This document shows, piece by piece, positions 1 to 12,095 of a stretch of 64,000 bases of DNA; within the stretch, counting starts at the first letter, position 1; each line of letters begins with the position of its first letter. Under the pieces are notes generated by a model, which ran no database searches, was not told where the DNA came from, and was given only the letters and a program-made list of their open reading frames with translations. The translations under genes and the position numbers were made by a program. This DNA is from the human T2T-CHM13v2.0 reference genome, Homo sapiens, in NCBI GenBank assembly GCA_009914755.4, contig CP068257.2:20448001-20512000 (forward strand). The letters run 5' to 3'.

Positions 1-2734
1 TATCAGTAAACATATTTCCCACAAGAGTAATTAACCGTCATGAACATTAACAATGTTTTTACTGCAAGAAAAGTATATTTAAAAATCATAGGTGGTCCCT
101 TCATCCTTATACAGAAGCCTACAGAGAGGCAGAAAAGAAAACATGAGGTTGGCTTTATGTGTAAATTTCAGATAGCTTTAACAGCTTATTCTCTGCCAAT
201 TTATACTTCTTTTGTAAAAATGGATACAGCTCATTATGGATATTTTGAACAGAGTCCATGGCTTTGAGATCAAACTAAAGTCACACTGACAAAATAAAAT
301 AAGCATGAATAGTCATAAGGCTAAAAAGGTGACTTCCTATCAATTAATTGAAGAAGAAATTCCATTTTGGTCTAATTTATATTTTGGCCACTTTTATTGG
401 CTACTTAAGTAAAATAAAAGACTTGTTTTAATAATTGTAATGTGGAGGATGTTTTACAAACTTAATTTTTCCTTGTTCAAATAATATAAGTGAATATACA
501 GTTTAACTCCAGTTCTAATAAATTCTCTTTGGCATGATTTTAAGTAAGTTCATCATCAATGAACTTATCATTAGGGTCTCATTGATGTCTTAGGGAAAGC
601 ACATGCCATGGAAAATCCCCTGAGATTTTACAGTGATCATCTTTGCCTTTTAATCCTAAGCATCTATTGCTTTATCTGAGCCTGAGTTCTACATCAGTGT
701 TGATGAAATGATTGGGTTAGAGCAAATTATCTTGAAAAGTCTTTTCCAGATCAGTAAAGTTATTCCAAGAATGGCTTCGCCTTTGATCTCTTTTGATCAG
801 AACCATTTTTTGGAGAATATCTGATTCAAATGATTGATCCGATGATCACTACACTAAAAGTACACATTTTCTCTTTGATATTGTGCCTTTCAATATTACT
901 AATCATATCATTTAATTTTGGTCTTTTATATTCAGAACAATATCTAAAAAATATTTATGAATGAGCCATCACTAACAATTAAACCACCCAAAGGGTTCAT
1001 CTTGCCCACTGTTCAGATACAGCCAATTTATAAAGACAGGGGAATTGCAATAGAGAAAGAGTTTAATACAGGTAGAGCCAGCTAAATGGGAGACCAGAGT
1101 TTTGTTTTTACACAATTAAGCCTCCCTCAAAATTTGGAGGCTACAATTTTTCAAGGGTACTTTGGTGGACACGGGGCTAGGGAATGGGAGCTGCTGATTG
1201 GTTGGGGATACAATCACAGGTCTGTGCAACATGGTCCTGATTCGCTGAGTTGGCCTGTGTGTGCAGGCCACAGAGGAGTCACTGGTCCAGGTGGAGCAAT
1301 TTGGTCATCAGAAATGCAAAAGCCTGAAAAGGCATCTCAAAAGGGCAATCTTAGATTGTATAATAGTGATGTTATTTGCAGGAACAATTGGAGGAGTTAC
1401 AAATTTTGTGACCTCCAGAATAATGGCTGCTAATCATTCAACTATACTCTTAGCGGATTTCAGGACCCTCTCATCTTCCTAACCTGGTGGTCTTTCATAA
1501 TTAGTTTTACAAAAATGATTTAGTTTTGGAAAGGGTTATTATCATCTAAACTGTAAACTAAATATCTCCCAAAGTTAGTTTGACCTACACACAGGAATGA
1601 CCAAGGGCAGTTTGGAGGTTAAGGCAAGTTGGAGTTGGTTAGAACAGATCTGTTTCACTGTTATAATTTTCTCACTGTTATAATTTTTGCAAAGGTGGTT
1701 TCAGTAAGTCTGTGCAAATCAATGTTTTATGGTCAAAATGTCCAGCCACTTTAAGCACATTGACATACATCAGTGGCTTTCAGCTTTTTCCCCATTTTAA
1801 CTGAGCCAAACCAATTTTCTTATCAGCGTAGCAAAATGACCAGAGCATTTGTTATGCTATGTGGTTTAAAAAATGGTATGTTGGTTTCTTACTTAGCACA
1901 AGATATTATAAATAAGAATATTTTGTCTTGTTTTCCAAAAAAATAAATAAATCTCATTTGAGATTACAAAAATCAACGTATTTTTTAAAGCACTTAATAG
2001 ATATAGTTATTATTAATGGGAATAAGGTTCACAACACCCTATGGAAAACTGATTTACTCATATTCATGTGCTTACTCAAGAGGAAAAATAAATATATAAG
2101 CATTCAGTATGTGGCATTAATCCAAGAGAAGTAAAAAAATGCAGGCAAAAATAATTTAAGAAAATGAATTAAGATTTGTAATGACCTACATATTTTCTCT
2201 AGCTATCATTTCTGAATTTAGGTTTTCAATGAATAAAATAAATTTAAATGAAAATGGGATCCATGCCTCAATGTAGCTACTACATGATTCTTTAGGTGTA
2301 AATCCTATCTCCACAATCATCTTTGAATATTTGCCTTCACCATGCTTCACATTAATTAAAGGACTCACAAGCATTTAAAAGGTTGCTATTTTAATTCCTT
2401 CAACATGACCATTTGTCAAGGCTGGATTTTTTTTATTCAAAGATTCTCAATTTTCATTAATAGGAGTGGGGGTAGTAGATTACACTTAATAATACAGGGC
2501 AGCTGCTTAGAGTTTTCTTTACGTAGAGCAGCATAAGAAGATCACCAGTAATAACATGTATATTGCAGTGGGCTGCCACTAGCCCATTCCTAAGCTGTTT
2601 GATTACAAATCAGAAAGGTCACCTATATGAGCAGAAGTAACCTGCTGGGAGCCATAGCACATAGATATGCAGCGTGTGGGCTGAATCTCAGTCCCAAATT
2701 ACCCCCTTATTTGGGTCTTTTCTCTATAAATAAT

Positions 2735-2810
2735 TTTTGTAACCTTTATCTATAAATAACTTTATAAATAAATTTTGTAAATAACTATAAATAAATTTTG
2801 TAACAAAATA
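2735..2810. repeat. Short AT-rich tandem repeat, about 3 copies of a ~24-bp unit (tataaataaattttgtaa...)
   Basis: Direct reading: ctataaataactttataaataaattttgtaaataactataaataaattttgtaac. Confidence 0.5.
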
Positions 2811-3924
2811 TTCCTTAGAATAACAATAGCTCAGCAATTTTCACAGAATAAGTTCAGAGGCTAGCTCTGCTATTTACTTACTTGGTAACTTAGCCTCCAC
2901 ACCTCTGAAATTCTGTAAAATATTACAAAGTTTCAGAATTGCAATAAAACTCAATGGTAACTTATAAGACAGATTCTAACTGGATATAAAGTTGTGCACA
3001 TATATTAGGAGTCATTAAATGGTATAGATTATTATTGTAACAGTTGTACAACTGTAATATAAAATTGAGAAAAATTACAACTTATTCAGTAAACTAAATA
3101 AAATTAAAATGAATTAGATACATAAGACTTTCCATCTTAAAGATATTAGAAGTTAGAATACTCTAATAACAATTAGAAAGAACTAGGAATTGAGAGCTGA
3201 GGTACATGTGATATTGTTTTTCTTCATTAACAAAAAACTGTTCATTACCAATCAACTACATGTATAATTATGTTTACTTATATTTAGGAAAACAAAAGCC
3301 AAAATGTACCTAAAAACTTGTAAGGACAAACTTTTTAAAAACAATATTTTTAAAAGAGTACTGAAATCAGTTTGATTTATTTTTATGTTTCTCCTTCATA
3401 TCACTAAAATAGTAGAACTGCTAACCTATTCTTACCACTTTACTCATACTCCACGCTGAAGTAAGTTTCGGTTTTTAATAATTCAGTAATTAAGACATGG
3501 AAACTTACATTTAAAATGCCAAAAAGCCAAGGAGGCTATATTCCTTATATGTGATTGCATATCATCAAAGATGACTAAGAATGCCTTCAAAATATTTTAC
3601 TCATGGCAAAGAGATGAAGATGTTGGGCTGAAATCTCCAAGCACTGGTTTCCTTGGTTATCATATGAGTGTTATACCTGAAAATGCAGTTCTTCATTCAT
3701 GCAAGATGCATCGTTTTACCAGGACGTCACCAGTCAAATAGAGTATATCTTACTTCCTCTTTTCTAAGATGTATATTTTTTCTCAATTTCACATTTCTGA
3801 TATGGTGGTTTACTGTATAATCACTGCCTACATTTTGCTGAGGTTTTCCCCAAAAGCCATTATAAACCTACTGGTACAGTTTACATTCCAGGAAGTAACG
3901 TGCTCTTTGTCTCCTCCTCCTCCC

Positions 3925-4060
3925 GGAACTCTACTTTCAGTGTGAATCCTCGTGCAAAGGGGCCAGCATGGATGCATTACTCAGTGTACTCGTGTAACAA
4001 ACCTGTACATGTACCCCCTGTATATAAAATAAAAGTTGAAATTATTTTTAAAAAATTAGT
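3925..4060 (+). mobile_element. L1 3'UTR terminal fragment
   Basis: ...ccagcatggatgcattactcagtgtactcgtgtaacaaacctgtacatgtaccccctgtatataaaataaaag resembles the L1 3' end (...ccaacatggcacatgtatacatatgtaacaaacctgcacgttgtgcacatgtaccc...) and is followed by an A-rich tail. Confidence 0.4.
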
Positions 4061-5159
4061 CAAGGGTGTTCTGGAAAACTGAGAGTAAAGGATATATAAG
4101 TAGTGATTGAAGGAAGTTGGGCTGCAAAGTTATGCTTGGACTAAAATGTGAGCCACCTTGGATATTGTAGATTTTTAAATTGATTTGGAGGATGATAGGA
4201 GGGATGTACAAATGAGATTTCACAGGCTGAGAGATCTATAGACTATTAAACAGCAAACAGATGCAAGGCATGGGAAGAGGGATGGTCAGCAGCCCACAGG
4301 ATTGTGGAGTGACTGTTAACAAGTGCCTGAAAAGAGACCAGACCCACTGTGAATCTCGACTCCTCCCCTATTGGTTCTGCCGTTATGAGCAAATTTACTT
4401 CCTTTCTCTGAGCCTCAGTTAATCATCTGTAAAATGGGAAAAAATAACATCTACTTTGTAATTTTGTTAGAAAGACTTGGGTATCAAGCTCTTAGCAGAT
4501 AATAAGCATGTGATGCATGGTAGCAAAACCAAAATTAAGAACAGCTCACGGAATAATTGGGTCTCACCTGCTCACCAGCTTCTCTGGAAAACCTGTTACC
4601 TACTTTGTGCTTGAGTGTATACTTTCCCCCATGTTTGGTATACTCTAAAAAAAAATAATTAAATTAGAAGATTTTGTTTCCTTTTTGCTGTGGTGAGCTC
4701 TAGGATATTGGTAAATTCCCCCTTGAAAGGCTTTCACTGTGGGCTGTCTTTGAACATCTACCCATGCAACCATGCCATGTGGCAAGGATGACTACACAGC
4801 ACTTACTTCAAGGCCTTGCCTGGGGATTGAAACAAACTGTAGGGAAGGGGGAAAAAGCAATTAACTGTCCTGTTTAAGGTAAAAATAATGGAAAGAAAGC
4901 CACCTCAAGTAACTGTACGTGAGTTGACCTTTGACACACTGACCAAGGTGTCATGTCTTCAAGAGACATTGACATCTCTGTAGCTTCATGCCTTTTCCAG
5001 ATTTGATGTGGCAGATACATGCATAGCAGAGTTTATCATGTGTGGTTTCCTTTAGACGCTGTGATTATGTGTTCAATAAATTGCATCAAGACTACAAATG
5101 CTTTGTTGTGAAGTCCAGCAACATTAACACATTAAGTTTCATAATGTGATTCCTAGAAC

Positions 5160-5640
5160 AACCTCTAAAAACTCTCCAAAGAGGTACATTCAAAATCTCC
5201 ATAGATGAATCAAAATAGATTCATCTCAACAGAATTATGCTAAGTAAAATCTCAATACCAGAAACAAATTATATATGATTCTATTTATATAACATTGTCA
5301 AAATGATAAAATTGTGTGGAGATAGAGAATAGAATAGTGGTTGATATGGCTTAGGGGAGAGTGCACAAGGGCATGGGTTTGGTTATAAAGAGATAGCACA
5401 AAGAAGTTTTGTGGTGATGAAACAGTTTTTTTTTTTTATCTTGATTGAGTGGTCATTACAGTAATCTACACATATGAGAAAACCACAAATACATATAAAC
5501 TACACAAATGAGTGTATGTTAACCTTAAAATATCAGAGTAAATTCTCTGGATTGTACAAAGACTAATTTTATAAATTTCATATGGTACTATAATTACATG
5601 TTACCATAAGAGGACATGAAGTTAAGGCTGCACCAGATCT
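5160..5640 (+). mobile_element. Old L1 (L1M-type) 3' end fragment
   Basis: 5205-5450 matches the L1MB/MC 3' terminal consensus as I remember it (...attatgctaagt.aaa...ccag.aacaaa...tatgattc.atttatat.a.at.tc.aaa...agaatagtggttg...agggg...ggggtgatgaaa.). The downstream end is uncertain and is interrupted by a T12 run at 5441-5452. Confidence 0.45.
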
Positions 5641-6839
5641 CACTACCTTATTTGTGCATCTGCCTATGAACATACACATATTTCACAATAAAAACTGAAA
5701 AAAGCAGTGACATAGCTATAGATTCTGCTTATTTATAAGTTTAGATAGAAAGATAGACATAGATATACAAATTTAACTTAGTGACAAATTAAAATTTAAA
5801 AAGATGTTCAGTACTACCTGAAGAAAATTCTAAGAGAAATAATTAAATTACATTATATGTACAGAGGAAAAAATACAAAAAGGCCATCTAATTTCAGAAA
5901 ATTGTTGTATTATTCAGTGCAATTTCAACAAAAAACCCATAGGATTTCTTGTGACATGTTCATATTGATTATGAAATGTATACAAGAATTAAGTGCCAAG
6001 AATACCCCAAATCTTACTAAGTAAGAATACATTGGTTAACTTGCTATTCTATAAAGCCATACAAATAAGTTAATGTGCTATTAAACAGAAATAAACAAAT
6101 TGATCAATGGAATAAAAGAGCTATAAAACCACAAAGAAATAAAAATTATGTATGACATTTGGCATTTTAGGTCACTGGGGAAATTATAAACTTTATAGAC
6201 TTACTTTAGTAGACATTCTAAAACAATTATAGAAAATAAATTATCCTTACAGAAAATAAATTACATTGACTATCCTTAGAGAATATAAGTTAAATTGGTT
6301 TTCCAGCCTCAGAGTGTGCACAATTGATTTTCAAAGCATGGCGCCTAGTCCAGAGCATCAATATAAACTGAGAACATGTTTGAATCTATAATCTTGGGCC
6401 CAACCACAGAATGGCTGAATCACAAACTCTGTTAGGTGGGACAACAATTCATGTTATAATGAACCATCTAAGTGATACAGATGCACAATGGGATGTAAGA
6501 ACAACCTTAGTAACCACAAATCCATCACTTGAGAATCAAACAATTAGAAGTAAAAAACAGATCTCTAAATATTTTCAAAGAGTGTATTAGGTATTTTTCT
6601 GATGTTGGGATCTGAGTAAATTTATTAAACAAGAATTTCTTAAATAAACACAAATTCTGTTAACCATAAAATAAAAGAATAACAAAGTTTACCACATGGA
6701 AACTAAGAATTCATTTTATGAAAAGAAAGTAAAACAAGACTAAACTTTAAAAAGATTTTCCATAATTGCCAAAAAGTTAATGTTTACAGTATATAAGGAA
6801 CTTCTATAAACCAATATGAAAAACACAAGCAAGGCAAGA

Positions 6840-7100
6840 GAAAAATGGGGAAAAGATATAGCAGCAAAAAAAAGAAAACGCATGTTGAGTAAACATATGA
6901 ACAGATGCTCAACCTCATTAGTAATCAGGAAAATGTAAATTAAGCCACAATGTGATACTATTTCACACTTACTTGATTGGAAACATCTAGGAAATATAAT
7001 AATACCAATTTATTACTTTGAATTTAAACAGACTCATATATACTCTTTGTAGAAGTGCTAAGTAAAATCTCTTTTGAAAACAATTTTAACATTGGTATCC
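6840..7100 (+). mobile_element. Old L1 (L1M-like) ORF2 C-terminal fragment
   Basis: Plus-strand translation gives ...HMNRCSTSLVIRKM*IKPQCDTISHLLDW..., cognate to L1 ORF2 ...[30 protein letters not shown].... It is much more diverged than the adjacent minus-strand L1. Confidence 0.45.
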
Positions 7101-7121
7101 CCTTGTTCTATCAACAAGCAA

Positions 7122-9700
7122 TTAATTCCATATGAAATTTAAAGTAGTTTTTTCTAATTCTGTGAAGAATGTCAGTGGTAGTTTGAAGGGAATAGCATTG
7201 AATCTATAAATGACTTTGGGCAGTATGGCCATTTTCACGATATTGATTATTACTATCCATAAGGACAGAAAGTTTTTCCATTTGTTTGTGTCCTCTCTTA
7301 TTTCGTTGAGCAGTGGTTTGTAGTTCTCCTTGAAGAGGTCCTTCACATCCCTTGTAAGCTGTACTCCTAGGTATTTTATTCTGTTCATAGCGATTGTGAA
7401 TGAAAGTTCATTCATGATTTGGCTCTCTGCTTGTCTGTTGTTGGTGTAAAAGAATGCTTGTGATTTTTGCACATTGATTTTGTATCCTGAGACTTTCTGA
7501 AGTTGCTTATCAGTTTAAGGAGGTTTTAGGCTGAGATGATAGGGTATTCTAAAGATAAAATCACGTTGTCTGCAAACAGAGACGATTTGACTTACTCTCT
7601 TCCCATCTGAATACACTTTCTTTCTTTCTCTTGCCTTATTGCCCTGGCCAGAACTTATAACACTATGTTGAATAGGAGTAGTGAGAGAGGGCATCCTTGT
7701 CTTGTACTGGTTTTCAAAGGGAATGCTACCAGCTTTTTCCCATTCAATATGAAATTGCCTGTGGGTTTGTCATAAATGTCTCTTATTATTTTGAGATATG
7801 CTTCATCAATACCTAGTTTATTGAGAGTTTTTAACATGAAGCGATGTTGAATTTTATCAAAGGCCTTTTCTGCATTTATTGAGATAATCATATGGTTTTT
7901 GTCTTTGGTTCTGTTTATGTGATAGATTGTGTTTATTGATTTGTGTATGTTGAACCAGCCTTGCATCCCAGGGATGAAGCTTACTTGATTGTCATGGGTG
8001 AGTTTTTTGATGTGCTGCTGGGTTCGGTTTGTCAGCATTTTATTGAAAATGTTTGCATCGATGTTAATCAGGAATATTGGCCTGAAGTTTTATTTTTGTG
8101 TGTGTGTTATCTGCCAGGTTTTGGTAACAGGATGATGCTGGCTTCATAAAATGAGTTAGGGAGGAGTCTGTCCTTTTCAATTGTTTGGAATAGTTTCAGA
8201 AGGAATGGTACCAGCTCTTCTTTGTACCTCTGGTAGAATTTGGTTGTGAATTTGTCTGGCCCGGGCTTTTTTTGGTTGGTAGGCTATTAATTACTGCCTC
8301 AATTTCAGATCTTGTTATTGGTCTATTCAGGGATTCGACTTCTTCCTGGTTTAGTCTGGGAAGGGTGTAGGTGTCCAGGAATTTTTCCACTTCTTTCAGA
8401 TTTTCTAGTTTACTTGCATAGAGGTGTTTATAATATTATCTATATAGTAGTAGTTTGTATTTCTATGGGGTCAGTGGTGATATCCCCTTTATCATTTTTT
8501 ATTGTGTCTACTTGAATCTTCTCTCTTTTCTTCTTTATTAGTCTAGCTAGTGGTCTATCTACTTTGTTAATTTTTTCAAAAAAACAAATCCTGGATTCAT
8601 TGAATTTTTGGAGGGTTTTTCATGTCTCTATCTCCTTCAACTTTGCTCTGATCTTAGTTATTTCTTGCCTTCTGCTAGCTTTTGGATTAGTTTTCTCTTG
8701 CTTCTCTACCTCTTTTAATTGTGATGTTAGGGTGTCGATCTGAGATCTTTCTGGCTTTCTGATGTGGACATGTAGTGCTACAAATTTTCAACTAATATGG
8801 TTTTAACTGTGTCCCGGGAGATTCTGGCATGTTGTCTCTTTGTTCTCATTAGTTTCAAATAACTTTTTGATATCTGCCTTAATTTCATTATTTACGCAGT
8901 AGTCATTCAGGAGCAGGTTGTTCAATTTCCATCTAATTGTGTGGTTTTGAGTGAGCATCTTAATCCTGAGTTCTAATTAGATTGCATTGTGGTCTGAGAG
9001 ACTGTTATGATTTCCGTTCTTTTGCATTTCCTAAGGAGTGTTTTATTTCCAATTATGTGGCTGATTTTAAATTAATTGCCATGTGGCACAGAGAAGAACG
9101 TATATTCTGTTGATTTGGGGTGGAGAGTTCTGTAGATTTTGGGGTGGAGTGTTCTGTAGATGTCTATATAGCTGAGTTCAAGTCCTGAATATCCTTGTTA
9201 ATTTTCTGACTCGTTGATCTGTCTAACATTGACAGTGGGGTGTTAAAGTCTCCCACTATTATTGTGGGAGTTTAAGTCTCTTTGTATGTCCCTAAGAACT
9301 TGTTTCATGAATCTGGGTGCTCCTGTATTGGGTGCATATATATTTAAAATAGTTAGCTCTTCTTGTTGAATTGTTCCCTTTACCATAATGCCCTTCTTTG
9401 TCTTTTTTGATCTTTGTTGGTTTAAAGTCTGTTTTGACAGCAACTAGAATTGCAACCCCCGCTGTTTTTGTTTGTTTGTTTGTTTGTGTTGCTTGGTAAA
9501 TTTTCCTCTATCCCTTTATTCTGAGCCTATGTGTGTCTTTGCACATGAAATGGGTCTCCTGAATACAACACACCAATGGCCTTGACTCTATCCAATTTGA
9601 CAGTCTGTGTGTTTTAATAGGGGCATTTAGCCCATTTGAATTTAAGGTTAGTATTGTTATGTGTGAATTTGATCCTGTCATCATTATGCTATCTAGTTAT
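7122..9700 (-). pseudogene. L1 ORF2 (endonuclease/reverse transcriptase) remnant with multiple frameshifts and stops. It ends abruptly after ...KFIWN (~ORF2 residue 815), so the C-terminal third and the 3'UTR are absent
   Basis: Series of short minus-strand ORFs colinear with L1 ORF2p. Sequence left of 7120 does not continue the L1 consensus (expected QKRARIAKS...). Confidence 0.8.
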
Positions 9701-9744
9701 TTTGCACACTAGTTGATGCAGTTTCTTCATAATGTCATTGGTCT

Positions 9745-10895
9745 TTATATTTTGGTGTGTTTTTGCAGTGGCTGGTACTGGTTTTTCCTTTCCATATTTA
9801 GGACTTCTTTCAGGAGCTCTTCCAAGGCAGGCCTTGTGGTAATGAAATCCCTCAGCTTTTTCTTGTCTGAAAAGGATTTTCTTTCTCCCTTGCTTATGAA
9901 GCTTAGTTTGGCTGGATATGCAATTATGGGTTGAAAATTCTTTTCTTTAAGAATGTTCAATATTGGCCCCCAATCTCTTCTGGCTTGTAGAGTTCCTGCT
10001 GAGAGGTCCAATGTTAGTCTGATGGGCTTTTCTTTGTAGATGACCTGGCTTTTCTCTCTGGCTGCCCTTAACATTTTTTCCTTCATTTCAACCTTGGAGA
10101 ATCTGGTGATAACGTGTCTTGGGGTTGATCTTCTCATGGAGTATCTTAGCGGTGTTCTCTGTATTTCCTGAATTTGCATGTTGGCCTGCCTTGCTAGGTT
10201 GGGGAAGTTTTCCTGGATAATATCCTGAAGTGTGTTTTCCAGCTTGTTTCAATTCTCCCCGTCTCCTTCAGGTACTCCAATCAATCGTAGGTTCAGTCTT
10301 TTTATGAAGTCCCATATTTCTTGGAGGCTTTGTTAATTCATTTTTATTCTTTTTCTCTAATCTTGTCTGCATGTCTTATATCAGCAAAGTGTTCTTCAAA
10401 CTCTTACATCCTTTCTTCCGCTTGGTCAATTTGGCTATTGATATTTGTATATGCTTCATGAAGTTCTCATGCTGTGTGTTTCATCACCATCAGGTCATTT
10501 ATGTTCCTCTCTAAACTAGTTATTCTAGTTAGCAGCTCCTCTAACCTTTTGTCAAAGTTCTTAGCTTCCTTGCATTGGGTTAGCACATGCTCCTTTAGCT
10601 CAGGGTAGTTTTTTATTACCCATCTTGTGAAACCTACTTCTGTCCATTCGTCTATCTCATCCTCCATCCAATTCTGTGACCTTGCTGGAGAGACACTGTG
10701 ATCATTTGGAGGAGAAGAGGCACTCTTGCCTTTTGGGTTTTCAGCTGTTTTTTGTTGATTCTTTCTCATCTTCGTGAGTTTGTCTAGTTTTGATCTTTGT
10801 GGCTGCCAACCCTTTGATGGGGTTTTTTGGGGGGGGGCTTTTATCTTGTTGTCAATGCTGTTATTGTTGCTTTCTGTTTGTTGTTTTTCTTTCAA
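9745..10895 (-). pseudogene. L1 ORF1 remnant, split into 142-aa and 144-aa ORFs by a frameshift between 10180 and 10466
   Basis: ORF translations align to L1 ORF1p along its coiled-coil, RRM and C-terminal domain. The N-terminus (MKEKQQTESNNNS...) is of the older L1PA/PB type. Confidence 0.8.
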
Positions 10896-12095
10896 TGGTC
10901 ATGTCTCTCTTCTGCAGGGCCGCTGGGGTTTGCTGGGGGTTCACTTCAGGTTCTATTCACTTGGTTCACTCCCACTCCTGGAGATGTCACTCAAGGAGGC
11001 TGGAGAACAGCAAAGATGAATGCCTGCTCCTTCTTCTGGGATCTCTGACCTTGAGGGGCAGGCACCAACCTGATGCCAGTAGGATCGCTCCTGTATAGGA
11101 TGTCTGACAACCCCTGTCAGAGGGTCTTACCCAGTTGGGTGAAACGGGAAACAGGACATGTTTAACAAAGTACCTTGACTGTCCCTTGGTGGAGGGGGTG
11201 TGCTTTGCTGGGGGGAAACCCACTCAACTAGGCTGCCCATATTCCTCAGAACTACCAGGAGGAAAGGATAAGTCTCCTGGTCCACAGAGTCTGTGGCCAC
11301 CCATCCCCCTAGGGGATCAGGCCCAGAGAGATTCAGGTTCTGTCCCTGAGCCTCTGGCTGGAGTTACGGGAGTTCTTGCATGGAAGCCCCGCCCAGTGAG
11401 GAATAATGAGTCGGGGTCAGGCCTGAAGAGGCACTCTGGCTGCAGTCTTCCACAGCTGGTGTGTTGGGCTGTGGGGGACACATCTTGGGACCAAGCCGTC
11501 CAGCCTCCCTGGCTCCAGCAGGGGAAAAGCACAGCCTGGAGCTATAGAGATGAATGCCACCCTTCTCCTGCCCAGGGACCTTAGTGTGTTAGGAAGTTGT
11601 GAGTCCCAGTGCTGAATGCTGCCCCTTCCCCAAGAAGCTCAGATGGCTGAGACAGCAGGCAGCTGCAGCTGTGGTGCTGGTCGCCCCTCCCCCTGGGAGA
11701 TTGGTAGGCTTAAGCCTATTCCAGCTGAGAGGCTGTTGATAATCTGCATGGCTCCGTGGCATGGGTTTGTGAGTGGGATCTTCCACTTCATGTGTTGCAC
11801 ATTTCTGTGGTAAAAGCACGGTTTCCCAGCCTGGGTAGCATGCTCACTCACCACCTCCCTTGGCTGGGTGGTGGAGGCTCCCCTGCTCGTGTGGCTCTCA
11901 GGTGGGCTGCTACACCACACTGCACCTCCTTTCTCTCTGTGGAGCATGCCAGCTTCCTAGTCAGTTCTGATGAGAGAAGCTGGATACCTTGGTTGCTGGT
12001 GAAAGATTCACATACTTGTTTTGGCTCTTTTCGATGGGAGCCTCTGATTGCCGCTATTTCTAGTTGGCCATCTTGGTCCCCTGCCCCTGCCATAT
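10896..12095 (-). promoter_or_regulatory. L1 5'UTR, which in L1 carries the internal sense promoter and the antisense promoter. A YY1-type core (ccaagatggcc) is at the 5' terminus, at 12066-12076 on the plus strand
   Basis: Position upstream of ORF1. The GC-rich 5' terminal motif is recognisable on the reverse complement. The promoter role follows from established L1 biology, not from this sequence. Confidence 0.55.

Larger units (their letters stand above)
7120..12095 (-). mobile_element. L1 LINE, older L1PA/L1PB-like subfamily, about 5 kb. It has the 5'UTR, a disrupted ORF1 and the first ~60% of ORF2, and is truncated at its 3' end
   Basis: Minus-strand ORFs match L1 proteins. ORF 9745-10179 and ORF 10467-10895 match the ORF1p C-terminal and N-terminal halves (IQEIQRTP.RYS.RR.TPRH...PALKELLKE.LNMERKN.YQPLQ). 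ORF 9243-9443 matches the ORF2 endonuclease (GIMVKGTIQQEELTILNIYAPNTGAPRF). ORFs 8196-8390, 7655-8038 and 7122-7472 match the ORF2 RT ([67 protein letters not shown]...KFIWN). The reverse complement of 12060-12095 resembles the L1 5' terminus including ccaagatggcc. Confidence 0.88.

Noticed and set aside
960-1900. Possible LTR-like element (tgagccatcactaacaattaaacc...ctgctgattggttgggg...)
   Set aside because: Some LTR-like features are present (CCAAT-like motif, several ~70-115 aa spurious ORFs), but I could not match it to any consensus I know or find terminal TG...CA plus TSD by eye, so I left it unannotated.
10829-10837. 9-nt poly-G run inside the L1
   Set aside because: On the coding (minus) strand it is gcc ccc ccc caa = APPQ within the L1 ORF1 N-terminal region (...KIKAPPQKTPSKG...), a natural proline-codon run rather than an artefact. 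I therefore did not group it with the longer poly-G tracts at 52.7-58.7 kb.
11135-11584. 149-aa plus-strand ORF plus several overlapping ORFs
   Set aside because: Falls entirely within the GC-rich L1 5'UTR (antisense orientation); a spurious ORF.
6840-12095. Possible L1 twin-priming (5' inversion) structure formed by the plus-strand L1 piece at 6840-7100 and the minus-strand L1 at 7120-12095
   Set aside because: The order and orientation are wrong for twin priming. The inverted segment would have to sit at the element's 5' side, whereas the minus-strand copy already contains the 5'UTR. The plus-strand piece is also a far more diverged, older L1M-type sequence.
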